A DNA stretch of 64,000 nucleotides from an uncultured Chloroflexia bacterium (lineage in GTDB: Bacteria > Chloroflexota > Limnocylindria > Limnocylindrales > CSP1-4): assembly GCA_963712745.1 (NCBI GenBank), contig CAVQJC010000017.1, forward strand, positions 256,001-320,000, read 5' to 3'. The notes under the pieces are model-generated. The model searched no databases and was not told the origin of the DNA. It worked only from the letters and a program-made list of their open reading frames with translations. Within the stretch, counting starts at the first letter, position 1, and each line of letters opens with the position of its first letter. This document shows, in pieces, positions 30,463 through 39,606 of this stretch. The position numbers were made by a program, and so were the translations under genes.

Positions 30463-31620
30463 GTGAGTTCCGCCCCTGCGCCCGTGGCCGAGCTTCGGCG
30501 TGCCTACGTCGACCAGACGGCCGTCAGCTACAGCTTCTACGTCGTCGGGGCCGCGACTGCCTTCGTGGCCGTGGCGCTCAGCCTGTCCGAGACGGAGGCC
30601 GGGCTGCACTCGTCGGCCATGGCGGTCGGCATGATCGTGGCCGGGCTCGCAGGTGATCGCTTCGACGGGTCGGCCGGCGTACGTCGCGTCCATCTCGCGG
30701 CCATGGCCTTGCTGGCGGTCTCGCTGGTCGGGCTGGCCCTCGCGCCCGCGCTGGCGGTGAGCCTGGCTGCGGCGCTCGGCATCGGACTGGGGGCGGGCAC
30801 CATGTTCGGGCACGTCAACCAGACGCTGGGTGCCGGCGGTGGGGCCAGCGCCCGGGTGCAGCTGACCCGGGGCGCATTCGTGGCCAAGGTCTCGCAGTTG
30901 ATGGCGCCGGTGGCCATCGGGATCGGCATCGCGCTCGGGTTCGACTGGCAGTTCGTGATCCTGCCGGTGCTCGTGCTGCTGGGGTTGCTGTTCGTCTGGT
31001 CGCGGTCCGATGGGACGGGTGCGGCAGCGCACGTGCAGCTCGGGCGGCTGCCCTGGGCCTACTGGTTGCCCTGGATGCTGACCGTGTCGGTCATCGGCCT
31101 GGAGTTCTTCGTGGTCGTCTGGGGCGGGACGCTCGTGGGTGAGAAGACCGGCGTCTCGCTGGCCGATGCCACGCTCACGATCTCGGCCTTCATCGCAGGC
31201 ATGATCGCCGGTCGAGCCGTGATGTCCGTACGTGCGATGGGCCGACTTGCGCCGATGCTCGTGATCCGAGCCGGGATCGTGCTCACCTTTGGGGCCGTGC
31301 TGCTGCTGTGGCTGTCGGGCTCGTATCTGCTCAGTGTGGTTGGGATGGCGGTGGCCGGCTTCGGCGTGGGCATCCTCTATCCCGCGTGCGCCTCGATGGC
31401 CCTGGCCGCTGCGCCCGACCAGCCCGCGGCCGCCTCCTCCAGGCTGACGCTGGCGGCCGGGTTGGCCATCCTGGTAGCGCCGCTGCTACTGGGCGTCATC
31501 GCCGACCTGAGCGACATCGGCTCCGCCTGGCTGCTGGTGCCGGCGGTCTGCGCGGGCGTGCTGCTGTTGACGGTGCCGGTGGAGCGGGCGCGGCTCGCGC
31601 GCGGTAGCGCGGTGGACTAG
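30463..31620 (+). CDS. MFS transporter
   Basis: About 12 hydrophobic helices in two halves. Confidence 0.85.
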   Translation: MSSAPAPVAELRRAYVDQTAVSYSFYVVGAATAFVAVALSLSETEAGLHSSAMAVGMIVAGLAGDRFDGSAGVRRVHLAAMALLAVSLVGLALAPALAVSLAAALGIGLGAGTMFGHVNQTLGAGGGASARVQLTRGAFVAKVSQLMAPVAIGIGIALGFDWQFVILPVLVLLGLLFVWSRSDGTGAAAHVQLGRLPWAYWLPWMLTVSVIGLEFFVVVWGGTLVGEKTGVSLADATLTISAFIAGMIAGRAVMSVRAMGRLAPMLVIRAGIVLTFGAVLLLWLSGSYLLSVVGMAVAGFGVGILYPACASMALAAAPDQPAAASSRLTLAAGLAILVAPLLLGVIADLSDIGSAWLLVPAVCAGVLLLTVPVERARLARGSAVD

Positions 31621-32054
31621 GCGCGGTCGTTCAGCGTGGTCGATATCTCCGCGACGACGCCATCGAGCCGGTCACGGATGTCGCACTCCCAGATCTCATA
31701 GACCGCCCAGTCTGCGGCTTCGAGCTGCCGTCGCTTGCGCGCATCCCGTTCGCGGTTGAGCTCGAACTTCCGGGCCCAAAACTCGGGGTTCGACTTGGGC
31801 AGGTTGGGGTGACAGCGCGGGCAGTGATGCCAGTAGCAGCCGTGAACGAATATCGCGACCTGCCGACCCGGATACGAGATGTCCGGCCGACCCGGGGCTT
31901 GCTTCCAGTTCAGCCGGTAGCCGGGATGCCCAGCCTCCCGAAGTGCCGACCGGAGCTTCCGCTCAGGCTCCGTGTCCTTCGCCCGATTGGCCCTCATCAC
32001 AGCTCGCACCGCCGGCGACGACGGTGGCGGATTGGGCAACTGCAGGCCGGGCAT
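31617..32054 (-). CDS. vsr: Very short patch repair endonuclease
   Basis: MRANRAKDTEPE, PGRPDI, FVHGCYWHHC, WARKFELNRERD, IWEC. Confidence 0.93.
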   Translation of the reverse strand: MPGLQLPNPPPSSPAVRAVMRANRAKDTEPERKLRSALREAGHPGYRLNWKQAPGRPDISYPGRQVAIFVHGCYWHHCPRCHPNLPKSNPEFWARKFELNRERDARKRRQLEAADWAVYEIWECDIRDRLDGVVAEISTTLNDRA

Positions 32055-32094
32055 GGGGGCAGTATCCGCCACGCCCGCGTCGCATACTGGCGAC

Positions 32095-32802
32095 GTGCGG
32101 ACCAGGATCGAGAGCCACCAGTACGCCGAAACGGTTCTCCAAGGGAAGTTCCGCGACGAGTGGGAGGAACTGCTCGACGTCATCGGCACGCTCGAAGTGC
32201 CCCTTCGGCCAGCAGGACCGTTCACGAGAACCGGACGGCCCAAGTCACCAAAGCGGCAGTCTCGTGTCATCGGCGGACGGCGTGCAAGTGCCCTCATGCC
32301 GGTCGATCAGGCCGAGATGAACAAGCGGATACGCGGCACGCTTTCAGGGCTCGGGTGGAACGCCGAGCCGTACATCCTCATCGACCGCGAGGGTCAGCCG
32401 ATCGACACCCGTCTTCGTGGTGACTTCGAGAAGGCCGGCGTGTTCGTGGAAGTCGAGTTCGGCAACGTCGCCAGCTTCTATCGCGACCTCTTCAAGTTCC
32501 ATATCGCTGGCACGACCGGAGCTGCCAAGGTCGGTGTCATCGTCGTCGCGACCGACTCGCTAGCGCGGCTATTCGACCAGGGCCAGGCGCGATTCGAGCA
32601 GGCCGTGTCCCTGCTGCCCTACATGCGCGCGGGAGTGCAACTCCCGACTGCGATCATCGGGATCGACGTGAACGATTGGGAGCCCATCCGGGCCCGGTAC
32701 CGGCAGATGCAGACGCTCGTCGAGTCGAATGGCGAGGCCTGCCACACGTTCGAAGCCGTGATGGCCTCTACGAGGCCTGCTCACGCGCGCCCGATCGGCT
32801 GA
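32095..32802 (+). CDS. BglII/BstYI/BamHI-fold type II restriction endonuclease
   Basis: SHQYAE..L, NKRIRGTL..LGW, GDFEKAGVFVEVEFGNVASFYRDLFKF, VGVIVV, FEQA. Confidence 0.75.
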   Translation: MRTRIESHQYAETVLQGKFRDEWEELLDVIGTLEVPLRPAGPFTRTGRPKSPKRQSRVIGGRRASALMPVDQAEMNKRIRGTLSGLGWNAEPYILIDREGQPIDTRLRGDFEKAGVFVEVEFGNVASFYRDLFKFHIAGTTGAAKVGVIVVATDSLARLFDQGQARFEQAVSLLPYMRAGVQLPTAIIGIDVNDWEPIRARYRQMQTLVESNGEACHTFEAVMASTRPAHARPIG

Positions 32803-34051
32803 CCGACGAGGCGTCTCGGTGCTCGTTCATCAACTCCGCACCGACCCGCTCGATGAGCCCCACTACCAGGGCATTACCCATCATGAAGGCGCGCCGGCCC
32901 TCGGGCATCCCCGTGTCCGTCCAGTCGTCCGGGAAGCCGTTGAGGCGCTCGAGCTCGCGGGGTGTCAGCCGCCGAAAGCGACCGTCCTCCAACTCGATCA
33001 AGTGCTTGAAGCGCGACGGGGTGCGCCCGCCTTCGCCGGTCAGGATCGTTCGCGCCGGCCAGTCGGTCCGGTCGGGATAGGGGATCGGGCCCTCGACGTA
33101 GAAGTAGGGCGTGCCCGACCCCTTGTGGAACCGCTGCTCTCGCTTGGCGCCCTTCAGGTACTCCCATCGAGGCAGATCCGCATCGGTGACGATGTACTGC
33201 TCCGGAACGGCGTCGACGGGTTCGAGGATGTCGCCGAGCGTCTCGACCCGGCCATCCCACGCAGGTTCGACATCGAGCGTCCACACCCGTCTCTGTGCCA
33301 TGTAGCCGGCACTTCGGAACGGCGAGACGCCCTTGGTGGCCCCGAAACCTTCCGAGACATCGGCAGGCGCTCCCTCTATGACGAAGGTCGGTGAGGATGA
33401 GAGCACCGGGCCCTCGTTCACCGGCAGGGCACGTGCGAGCGCTCCCCTGTACAGGACCTCGTTGGGGTCCTTCGCCGCCATGCCGACGTCACGGCCGATG
33501 AGCAGCACACGCCGTCGTTTCTGCGGAAAGCCGTAGTCAGCCGCGTTCACGACTCGCCACTCGACCTCGTAGCCGAGGTTCGCGAGGGCAGCCAGCATCA
33601 CCCCGAAGTCACGTCCCCGCTGCCTGGTCGGCGACTTCAGGAGTCGGTCAACGTTCTCGAGAAAGAGGTATCGGGGTCGCTTCATCATCAGCAGGCGGTA
33701 GATCTCCCACCACAGGACGCCCTTCCTGCCGACGATGCCGGCCGCCTGGTTCAGGGTCTTGGCCACCGAGTAGTCCTGGCAGGGGAAGCCGCCAACCAGC
33801 AGCTCGTGGTCCGGAATCACGCGCTGGCCGGCTTCCGCCTGGTTCATGATCTCGTGGATGTCCTCGCACACTGCTTCAGCCTCGCCGAACCGCTGGACAT
33901 AGCAGTCGAACGCATGCTGGGTCTTGGTGCTCGGCTCCCACTGGTTCGCCCACACGGTCTCCCACCCGGAGCGCTCCAGCCCGAGACGAAACCCGCCCAC
34001 GCCCGCGAACAGCTCGACGACGCGCGGCTTCTGGGATCGGGTCACGACCAT
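32768..34051 (-). CDS. dcm: C5-cytosine DNA methyltransferase, M.Sau3AI-like
   Basis: ELFAGVGG, WANQWEP, GGFPCQDYS, ENVDRLLKSP, QKRRR, RLTPRELERLNGFP, MGNAL. Confidence 0.95.
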   Translation of the reverse strand: MVVTRSQKPRVVELFAGVGGFRLGLERSGWETVWANQWEPSTKTQHAFDCYVQRFGEAEAVCEDIHEIMNQAEAGQRVIPDHELLVGGFPCQDYSVAKTLNQAAGIVGRKGVLWWEIYRLLMMKRPRYLFLENVDRLLKSPTRQRGRDFGVMLAALANLGYEVEWRVVNAADYGFPQKRRRVLLIGRDVGMAAKDPNEVLYRGALARALPVNEGPVLSSSPTFVIEGAPADVSEGFGATKGVSPFRSAGYMAQRRVWTLDVEPAWDGRVETLGDILEPVDAVPEQYIVTDADLPRWEYLKGAKREQRFHKGSGTPYFYVEGPIPYPDRTDWPARTILTGEGGRTPSRFKHLIELEDGRFRRLTPRELERLNGFPDDWTDTGMPEGRRAFMMGNALVVGLIERVGAELMNEHRDASSVSRSGAREQAS

Positions 34052-34082
34052 CGCTGCATCCTATTCGATCTCGCCAATTCGA

Positions 34083-35936
34083 TCAAGCGTCGGTCTCCCG
34101 CGCGCGCAGCCACTGCAGGATCTCCGCCATCACCTGGCAGTCGACCCGGTTGTAGTCGGCCACGTCCGTCATCAGCGGGTCGTCCAGCAGCACTCCGCCG
34201 GACTCCGCCGTGACCTCATCCACGCGCCAGGCAGCGACCATTGCGCCGAGGCCGTCGGTGGGTCCGTCACCCCAGGCCGTCTCGATCAGGCCCTGCGCGT
34301 GCATGGCCTTGGCGATGGCCTTGAGCCCGAAGTTGAACGCGCCCGTCACCGTCACCGGCGCCGCCTTGACGACCTCGTTGAGCAGGTCGAACCAGGGCAG
34401 CTCGGGCCAGCCGTTATCGGGATGGCGTTTGCGAGCCGAGTTGTAGGCACTCGTCAGCGTGGACGTCTCAGCCGGGCTCCAGTGGTAGATACGCGCCCCG
34501 CCGAGCGCGATGCCCCGCTCCGCGCAGAGCTCCTCCATGCGCGTGATCCAGGCGTCGATGATGGCCGCCTCCGAGGGCTCGTCCAGCCGGTCCGTGGTCC
34601 ACTGGTCGAAGCGCCACTCCCCGTCCTCGATGCGCCCGCAGCCGATCTGGAAGATGAGCGGCAGGCCACCCTCCAAGGGCAGGCTCTCGAAGTCGTCGGC
34701 CATGTTGGAGACCGTCTCGAAGTCCACGTACAGTTCCAGCGGTGCGGGCCGCAGCCAGGCCCCGTCATCGAGTAGCAGCTTGGGCGGCAGCACCACCGGC
34801 TCCAGGGCACGGTTCGCCTCCAGCACCGCGTCGCACAACCGGCCGGCCACGCCGTCGATGCCCAGGGATCGTGCCGACACGCGGGAGTCGCTCCAACGCT
34901 TCAGCCCCTGCTGGTGCGCGTCTGCCCGAACCTGCGGATTCACGCCCGGCAGCAGGGTCAACTCCTCCAGCTCGCGGGCGATCTCGACCTTGGCCCCGTG
35001 CCAGGGATCATCCTGGTCGTGGCGCATGTGCGGGTACAGCTCCGGCCGCGTGGGCACCGGCAGCGCCTCCCATTCGGAACCCTCTCGCCTCAGCTCACGG
35101 ATCCAGCGGTGCGCCCGAAGGGTCAGGTCGCGCAGCGTGGCCCCGTCGTGCTTGTCGAACGTGTTCTCCATCCGCACGCGACCGATGCGCTCGAGACAGC
35201 CCTTGCCACGGCCGTCCTTGCCCTGCTTCCAGTTCCGCCCCAGCAGGTAGCCGAACGGCGGCTCGTAGCCCTGGATCCGCCCGAGCGCGGTGTTGTAGAC
35301 CCACACCTGGGACTGATACGCGAGCGACTTGGCGGACCCGCCCATCGAGCCGTCCTTGACCAGCGCCAGTTTGCGGTACTTGATGTCGATGACGCGGTAG
35401 TGGCGGTCGGCCAGCCCCAGGCCGGGTGCAGCCGCCGACGCCTCGTCGAGCGAGACGTCGTCAGGGAACAGCCCGGCCAGCACGTCCGAGCGCACGAGCA
35501 GGTCCGCCATGCCGTACGTCCGGTGCTGCGGATCGCGGAGTACGCCCTGGGTGATGGCGGGCACGCCCTCGCGCATGGCCCCGATCGTCTTCTGGGCAGC
35601 CTCGAGCGAGCGGCTGTCTTCCCAGTGGGTGGCGATCTCCAAGACCTCTGACTCCTGCCGCAGCAGCTCGATGACGCCGTCCTCGAAGGCGTCGCCCTTG
35701 CCGAAGACGAACTCGCGAAAGCTGGTCCGCGGCTCGTAGCCGTCGATCTTGTGGTCAGGCACGAAGCCCTTCTCTTCGCCGTACCGTTCGAGCCAGTCGA
35801 GCAGCGGGTCGTCGTTCAGCCAGTTGCGGGACTTGGTCGCAGAGACCCAGTCCCGCCAGTCCTCGCGGGCTTCAGGCACGACGATCCGTCCGTCGTCAGC
35901 CGTGGTGAGGGCGTGCTCGCCCGCGATCTGGTCCAT
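34083..35936 (-). CDS. TM0106-type RecB-family nuclease with C-terminal RNase H-like domain
   Basis: ADLLVRSD...VIDIKY...QVWVY (PD-(D/E)XK plus QxxxY); YVDFET, HWSPAE, FDLL, GLKAIAK, YNRVDC. Confidence 0.8.
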   Translation of the reverse strand: MDQIAGEHALTTADDGRIVVPEAREDWRDWVSATKSRNWLNDDPLLDWLERYGEEKGFVPDHKIDGYEPRTSFREFVFGKGDAFEDGVIELLRQESEVLEIATHWEDSRSLEAAQKTIGAMREGVPAITQGVLRDPQHRTYGMADLLVRSDVLAGLFPDDVSLDEASAAAPGLGLADRHYRVIDIKYRKLALVKDGSMGGSAKSLAYQSQVWVYNTALGRIQGYEPPFGYLLGRNWKQGKDGRGKGCLERIGRVRMENTFDKHDGATLRDLTLRAHRWIRELRREGSEWEALPVPTRPELYPHMRHDQDDPWHGAKVEIARELEELTLLPGVNPQVRADAHQQGLKRWSDSRVSARSLGIDGVAGRLCDAVLEANRALEPVVLPPKLLLDDGAWLRPAPLELYVDFETVSNMADDFESLPLEGGLPLIFQIGCGRIEDGEWRFDQWTTDRLDEPSEAAIIDAWITRMEELCAERGIALGGARIYHWSPAETSTLTSAYNSARKRHPDNGWPELPWFDLLNEVVKAAPVTVTGAFNFGLKAIAKAMHAQGLIETAWGDGPTDGLGAMVAAWRVDEVTAESGGVLLDDPLMTDVADYNRVDCQVMAEILQWLRARETDA

Positions 35937-35994
35937 CGCACCCGATGGTACGTGGGTGGCGTGTCAGCTCGTGTGGCACGGGAGCATCGACCGG

Positions 35995-36759
35995 TCAGGG
36001 CCTGGTGACGATGACCTCTGCAGCGCCCGCGTTATTGGACTTGATGGCTTCGGGCGAGGTGGTCGAGGCCGTCACCTTCAGCGACACCGTACCCTCGTCG
36101 CCGATGGGCAGGCCGCAATCCTGGAGGTACGAGGTGGCCTCGAACTCGCCCGACTCCAGCGTGCCTAGGACCTCGACGCCTGTCGGGTCGTCGGCACCGC
36201 GACACGTGACTCCGGTCTCGTCCCAGGTGATGTCGACCTTCACCCCCGCGGCATCCTTGGGGCCGATGTTCTTGACCCTCCAGGTGATATCGAACATGGG
36301 CTCCGGGCCAGCCTGACCGACCACGCTGGAGGTGGAGGCACGCACGATTACCTTCAGGTCTGCGCCTTCACAGCCGGACTTCAGGGCGCCGTCGGCGCCG
36401 CCGTAGCAGGCGTCCTTGTCCTTGCCACCGAAGAGCTTGTCGAAGCCGCCGTCGCCCTTGAGGATGTCCTTGCCGGCGTTCCCGAAGATGCGGTCGCGGC
36501 CGTCGCCGCCGAGGACCACGTCGTTGCCGTTGCCGGCGCAGATGATGTCGTTGCCGCCCAGGCCGAGGATCTTGTCCCGGCCGCCCTTGGCCACGATGAC
36601 GTCCCGCCCGGGCGTGCCCTTGATGTAGTTGGCCTTGTCGTTGCCCACGATGGTGGCAGGTATGCCAGCGCACTTGGGTGGACCGGCGCTGACTGAAGTG
36701 GCTGCTGCCGGTAGCGCCAGCAGGGCGAACGTGATCGCGGTCACGACGATTCGCTTCAT
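35995..36759 (-). CDS. Secreted protein with RTX/hemolysin-type Ca-binding repeats and a DUF11/CARDB Ig-like domain
   Basis: Signal peptide; GGRDKI/GGNDII/GNDVV/GGFDKL nonapeptides; ADLKV...VKNIGP...SNNA. Confidence 0.8.
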   Translation of the reverse strand: MKRIVVTAITFALLALPAAATSVSAGPPKCAGIPATIVGNDKANYIKGTPGRDVIVAKGGRDKILGLGGNDIICAGNGNDVVLGGDGRDRIFGNAGKDILKGDGGFDKLFGGKDKDACYGGADGALKSGCEGADLKVIVRASTSSVVGQAGPEPMFDITWRVKNIGPKDAAGVKVDITWDETGVTCRGADDPTGVEVLGTLESGEFEATSYLQDCGLPIGDEGTVSLKVTASTTSPEAIKSNNAGAAEVIVTRP

Positions 36760-36843
36760 GATCCCCTCTCGATCAGTGCAGACGGTCGAGCCTAGGCGTC
36801 CTCCAGCCGCTCGTCCACCCTCTCCCGCGATACGCTGGTGCGG

Positions 36844-38235
36844 ATGTCCACCACTGGAACGGGACCGCGGGCCCGTGTCTCCGCCTGGCTCCGTCGATGG
36901 CGTCCGCTGCTGCCCCTGTTCGGGGCCGAGCTCATCGTGCTCATCGGCTTCGGGGCGCTGCTGCCGGTGCTGCCGCTCTACATCGAGGAGCACGGCATCG
37001 ACCCGACCGGGCTGGGCATCATCGTCGCGGGCTGGGCCCTGGCCAAGCTCATCTTCGAGCCGCTCTGGGGCTGGTGGGCCGACCGGCACTCGCGCAAGCC
37101 GCAGATGGTGGTAGCCCTGATCGGGCTCGGCGTGGTCAGCATCCTGCCGCTGTTCTTCACGACCTTCGTGGCCTTCTTCCTAGCGCGCTTCCTGGCCGGC
37201 TTTGCGGCCGCGGCCTATGACCCCGCGGCCCGCGGCATGGTCGTCGACGCCACGGCCGAGAACAAGCGCGGAGAGGCCTTCGGCTACTACGGCGCGTTCC
37301 AGATCGCCGGCTTCGTCATCGGCCCGGCCATCGGCGGCCTCGGCGCCACCATCTTCGGCACCTACACCTTCCCCTTCGTCTTCACCTCGCTGCTCTCGCT
37401 GGTCGGTGCCTTCGTACTCATGCGCTACCTGGCCCCGACGCCCAGCGCCGTGCGTGACGAGGAGCCCGCGCTCCGGCTGGCGCCCCAGCCCGGCTCCGGG
37501 CCTGAGGTGACGCCCGAGTCACGACCCCTGACCGATTCCATGGCCCGTCCGCTGCCGGCGGGAGATCCATTCACCGCGTCGGAGACGCTCGTCGTTCCGG
37601 CCGACGCGTCCGAGTCAGTGACGCCGGCGCCGCTCTCGGCGCTCTTCAACCGCACCGTCATCGCCGCCCTGGTCCTGACGTTCGGGCTGCACCTCTCCTT
37701 CGGCACGTACGAGGTGGTGTGGTCGTACTACTTGATCGCGCTGGGCGCCACCGTGGCCTGGGTCAGCCTCACGTTCGTGCTGTTCGGCATCCCCGAGATG
37801 CTCATCGGGCCGTACGCAGGACGCATCGTGGACCGGCGCGGGCCCGTGGGCCTGGTCATCGGCAGCGGCCTGGTCATCATCGTCGCGGGCAGCATCTACG
37901 CGAGCGCTTCGTACTTCCTGGTCCCCTCGATCTACCTCGTGCCGACGATCGTGGTGCCCTTCGAGGCAGCGGCCACGGCCGCCATGATGCCTGCGCTGTA
38001 CGCCATGCTGGCACGCGGCACGCCACAGGGCCGCGCTTCTACGACCCAGGGCATCTTCGGTGCCATGAGCACGCTGGCGCTGGTGGTGGCGTCGGTCGTC
38101 GCGGGCGCGCTCTTCGAGCGGGGCATCGGCCTGCCGTTCTGGTTCTTCGTGGGCGGCATCATCGTCTGTCTCGTGCTCGGCCTGGCCATCTACCGCAGCG
38201 CCGGGCGAGACCCTGCCGCTGCCACGAGCGCATAG
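36844..38235 (+). CDS. MFS transporter (DHA1/TetA-like)
   Basis: GWWADRHSRK motif A, ARFLAG, GPAIGG, 12 TM segments. Confidence 0.9.
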   Translation: MSTTGTGPRARVSAWLRRWRPLLPLFGAELIVLIGFGALLPVLPLYIEEHGIDPTGLGIIVAGWALAKLIFEPLWGWWADRHSRKPQMVVALIGLGVVSILPLFFTTFVAFFLARFLAGFAAAAYDPAARGMVVDATAENKRGEAFGYYGAFQIAGFVIGPAIGGLGATIFGTYTFPFVFTSLLSLVGAFVLMRYLAPTPSAVRDEEPALRLAPQPGSGPEVTPESRPLTDSMARPLPAGDPFTASETLVVPADASESVTPAPLSALFNRTVIAALVLTFGLHLSFGTYEVVWSYYLIALGATVAWVSLTFVLFGIPEMLIGPYAGRIVDRRGPVGLVIGSGLVIIVAGSIYASASYFLVPSIYLVPTIVVPFEAAATAAMMPALYAMLARGTPQGRASTTQGIFGAMSTLALVVASVVAGALFERGIGLPFWFFVGGIIVCLVLGLAIYRSAGRDPAAATSA

Positions 38236-38372
38236 GCCGCTCCCGCCCACTCGGGGAGTGGGTCACTCGAGCCCGCGCGGGTCGTGGGTCTCCGGTGCCC
38301 ACCGCGCCTGGGCTGCTGCTGCCCTCGAGGGGGGTAGGACCTCTTCTGCCCGAAACTCGTCCATTCGGCCCT

Positions 38373-38400
38373 TTGACACCGATGTAAACGTTGTCATGCT
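38373..38400 (+). promoter_or_regulatory. Sigma70-like promoter with overlapping inverted-repeat operator
   Basis: TTGACA-16 bp-CATGCT; TGACAcCG-atgtaaa-CGtTGTCA; strong RBS aaaaggagg downstream. Confidence 0.55.
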
Positions 38401-38431
38401 CGTAGCACAAGAGAAAAGGAGGTTCGGGTAT

Positions 38432-38692
38432 ATGTCCTGGGTCTTCATGGTGTCGGTCGCCATCCTCCTTGCGGCGATCGTGCTCATCGAGTTCCGCGCC
38501 GTTCGCGCGGGCGATGAGCGTCTGCACCACGCCCCCGGCTACGCCCTCGTCATGGGCGGGCTGGTCGTCATCGGCGTCGGCGTCGCAGCTGCGGTGACGG
38601 AGCATGTCGTCATCGCGCTGGCTGCGTCATGTGCCGGTCTCCTCTCGGTGGCCCTGGGGGCCACTCGACACAGGGAAGCAGCCGCACACTAA
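38432..38692 (+). CDS. Small three-TM membrane protein
   Basis: 86 aa, three hydrophobic helices, strong RBS. Confidence 0.7.
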   Translation: MSWVFMVSVAILLAAIVLIEFRAVRAGDERLHHAPGYALVMGGLVVIGVGVAAAVTEHVVIALAASCAGLLSVALGATRHREAAAH

Positions 38693-39145
38693 CCACAGAC
38701 GTCTCCTCGGCGGCACCGCTGGCCGCCGCTCAAGCGGAGCCCGTCCGGCCTTCTCCGGACGGGCTCACTCCACCTCTTCGCCCGCGGGGCACTCCCCAGT
38801 TACGCCCGCCCGCCCGCGGCCCGCCCCAGTTGCGCCCACCCCAGGCCCCGCGCTGCGGGCACGGCCAGTCACTGGCCCTGCCCTGTGGGCACGGCCAGTC
38901 CCGGGAGTGAGTCCTCGGCAGACTCCAACAGGCAGGCATCGCCCAGGCCCGCCAAGCCGGGCCCGTGGCTGCAGCCGTTCGAGTCCAAGGCAGACTCAGA
39001 ACGACCGCGCACACGCCGAATCGAGTCGGCTCCGAACTGAGGACGGCCAGACTGGCGCCGTTGTCCGAGCTGGCCTCACCGTGGGCGTCCACGGCGGACT
39101 CGGCGGCCCTGCACCGCATGCGACTCATGCCCAACCGTGCGATCG

Positions 39146-39335
39146 GCCGTTCGCCATGCCGCGGACGCCTGTGCCGTTCGCCATGCCGCGGACGCCTGTG
39201 CCGTTCGCCATGCCGCGGACGCCTGTGCCGTTCGCCATGCCGCGGACGCCTGTGCCGTTCGCCATGCCGCGGACGCCTGTGCCGTTCGCCATGCCGCGGA
39301 CGCCTGTGCCGTTCGCCATGCCGCGGACGCCTGTG
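39146..39335. repeat. Tandem repeat, 27-bp unit x7
   Basis: gccgttcgccatgccgcggacgcctgt, identical copies. Confidence 0.97.
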
Positions 39336-39606
39336 TGGACCAGGAAGACCAACCCGGGCCGCAGGCTGGAGGGCCTCGCGCGCCGGTTCAGTCACCACGG
39401 ACTCAGCGGTCCGTCGAGTCGGCGTTCCGAGTCCCTCATGACTCGGATGGCGCTTGGCAGAGAGACTGGGGTAGAGCGGGCACCTCTTCGCGGTCCTTGT
39501 AGTCCTGGCCGGCATAGCGTTCCGGGCGCCGCGGCAACCCAGGACCGGACAGCCACGCCCGGCGCCACAGCCACGCCCGGCGCCAAGACGGCAACCCCGC
39601 CAAACG

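Noticed and set aside
34083-35936. Cas4 or CRISPR adaptation nuclease
   Set aside because: RecB-like motifs are present, but the four-Cys Fe-S pattern and cas context are missing; the RNase H-like C-terminus fits TM0106
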